In this document: one piece after another, positions 63,182-64,000 of the stretch
Layout of the letters: each line of letters starts with the position of its first letter
Numbering within the stretch: the stretch's first letter is position 1
Virus record (IMG/VR): IMGVR_UViG_2687453145_000002
Span: 52,166 to 116,165 of that record
From: a virus
Taxonomy: Duplodnaviria > Caudoviricetes
DNA length: 64,000 nucleotides
Direction: 5' to 3' (one strand)
Notes under the pieces: generated by a model
Database searches by the model: none
Seen by the model: the letters and a program-made list of their open reading frames with translations, nothing else
What the model was told of the DNA's origin: nothing
Made by a program: the position numbers and the translations under genes

Positions 63182-64000
63182 ATGACTATACAACAACAGT
63201 ATCAGCAAACCAAAGTTTTGACAGGGCCACTGAATAGCGATTGCCTTTCCATGAACAGCCAAGAGATCGCAGATCTGGTTCATAGCCGCCATGATAATGT
63301 TAAGCGGGCGATTGAGCGGCTTGCAAGCAAGAGCGTAATCCAGCTTCCTCCAATGGAGGATTGTGGAAGAATCAATGGGTTAGGTATCAATCAGACGTTT
63401 TCTGTCTACGTGTTCACCGGCAAGCAGGGTAAGCGTGATTCGCTGATCGTGGTCGCCCAGTTGTGTCCAGAATTCACCGCTCGCATTGTGGATCGCTGGC
63501 AGGAGCTGGAGGAGGTGGTATCAACACCGGCCGCCAACCTGCCTGATTTCAGCAATCCAGCAGCTGCAGCTCGGGCTTGGGCTGAGCAGTACGAGCTCGG
63601 GCAGGTGCTGGCCATCGAGAACAAGCAGCAGCAAGAGCAGATCCATTCACTGGAAAGCCTATTCCGCCAAGGGATGACCATCCCTCAGTTCTGCAAGATG
63701 CTAAACGGTGTCAACTCCCAGCAGGTGTGTACCTTCTTTGAAGAGCGCGGCTGGCTGTATAACGAAAGTCGTTCCGGTAAGCGCTGGCGAGCTGCGTCCT
63801 ATGCTCGTGACAGATACCTCACCGAGGAGCAGCACGAGCAGAAACGGCACGGCTTCGAGTCTTTCATCGTCTTCACCCCGGTACTGCTGCAGAAGGGGGC
63901 GGTGCGCATCTACCAGCTTTACCTGAAAGGTGACCTCCCCATGAAGAAGGACTGGGATGGCCTGTTCACCCAGGACAAAGTGATCAAGGGGGCAGCATGA
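63182..64000 (+). CDS. Antirepressor with Rha/Roi-type N-terminal domain
   Basis: MNSQEIADLV...HDNVKRAIE, KRDSLIVVAQLCPEFTARIVDRWQELE, LPDFSNPAAAARAWAEQYE. Confidence 0.88.
   Translation: MTIQQQYQQTKVLTGPLNSDCLSMNSQEIADLVHSRHDNVKRAIERLASKSVIQLPPMEDCGRINGLGINQTFSVYVFTGKQGKRDSLIVVAQLCPEFTARIVDRWQELEEVVSTPAANLPDFSNPAAAARAWAEQYELGQVLAIENKQQQEQIHSLESLFRQGMTIPQFCKMLNGVNSQQVCTFFEERGWLYNESRSGKRWRAASYARDRYLTEEQHEQKRHGFESFIVFTPVLLQKGAVRIYQLYLKGDLPMKKDWDGLFTQDKVIKGAA

Larger units (their letters stand above)
15061..64000. mobile_element. Prophage element 2, nearly complete, probably defective
   Basis: Full lambdoid early region plus podovirus late region; frameshift near 58733 and deletion near 61968. 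Confidence 0.92.

Noticed and set aside
1-64000. tRNA, rRNA, IS elements, Shiga-like toxin genes
   Set aside because: None recognisable by eye; a tRNAscan or Rfam run would be needed to exclude RNAs fully.

Overview
The whole window is temperate-phage DNA, with no host genes, tRNA, rRNA or CRISPR recognisable. It holds two related but non-identical lambdoid podoviruses with the 933W/Stx-phage type of gene order, joined head to tail at an attP-like site (~14.9-15.2 kb). The host is probably an Aeromonas-like gammaproteobacterium (inference). Positions 1-15 kb are the right end of element 1: an intact ~3600-aa polyvalent ejection protein, two morons including a proteasome/HslV-like protein, a P22-immI-like mnt/arc/sar/ant module and a LexA-box mini-gene. 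Positions 15-64 kb are an almost complete element 2: int/xis, recombination genes, cI/cro, O/DnaB, nin, Q, an SOS cargo island, lysis, head, tail and a second immI. Element 2 has a frameshift in one ejection gene and an ~8.3-kb deletion in its giant gene. The most striking unannotated signals are five. (1) A candidate sRNA in the pL leader has GGUCC-containing loops complementary to a non-standard AGGACC ribosome-binding site shared by 13 early lytic genes. (2) Five late promoters share an AGCGT/-10/pause/terminator design. (3) A DnaA-box/NrdR-box promoter drives two overlapping small ORFs opposed by a probable antisense RNA. (4) A moron encodes a Thr1 Ntn-hydrolase. (5) Small genes are nested inside the giant gene. 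Family assignments come from recognised motifs and synteny only; no database search was run.
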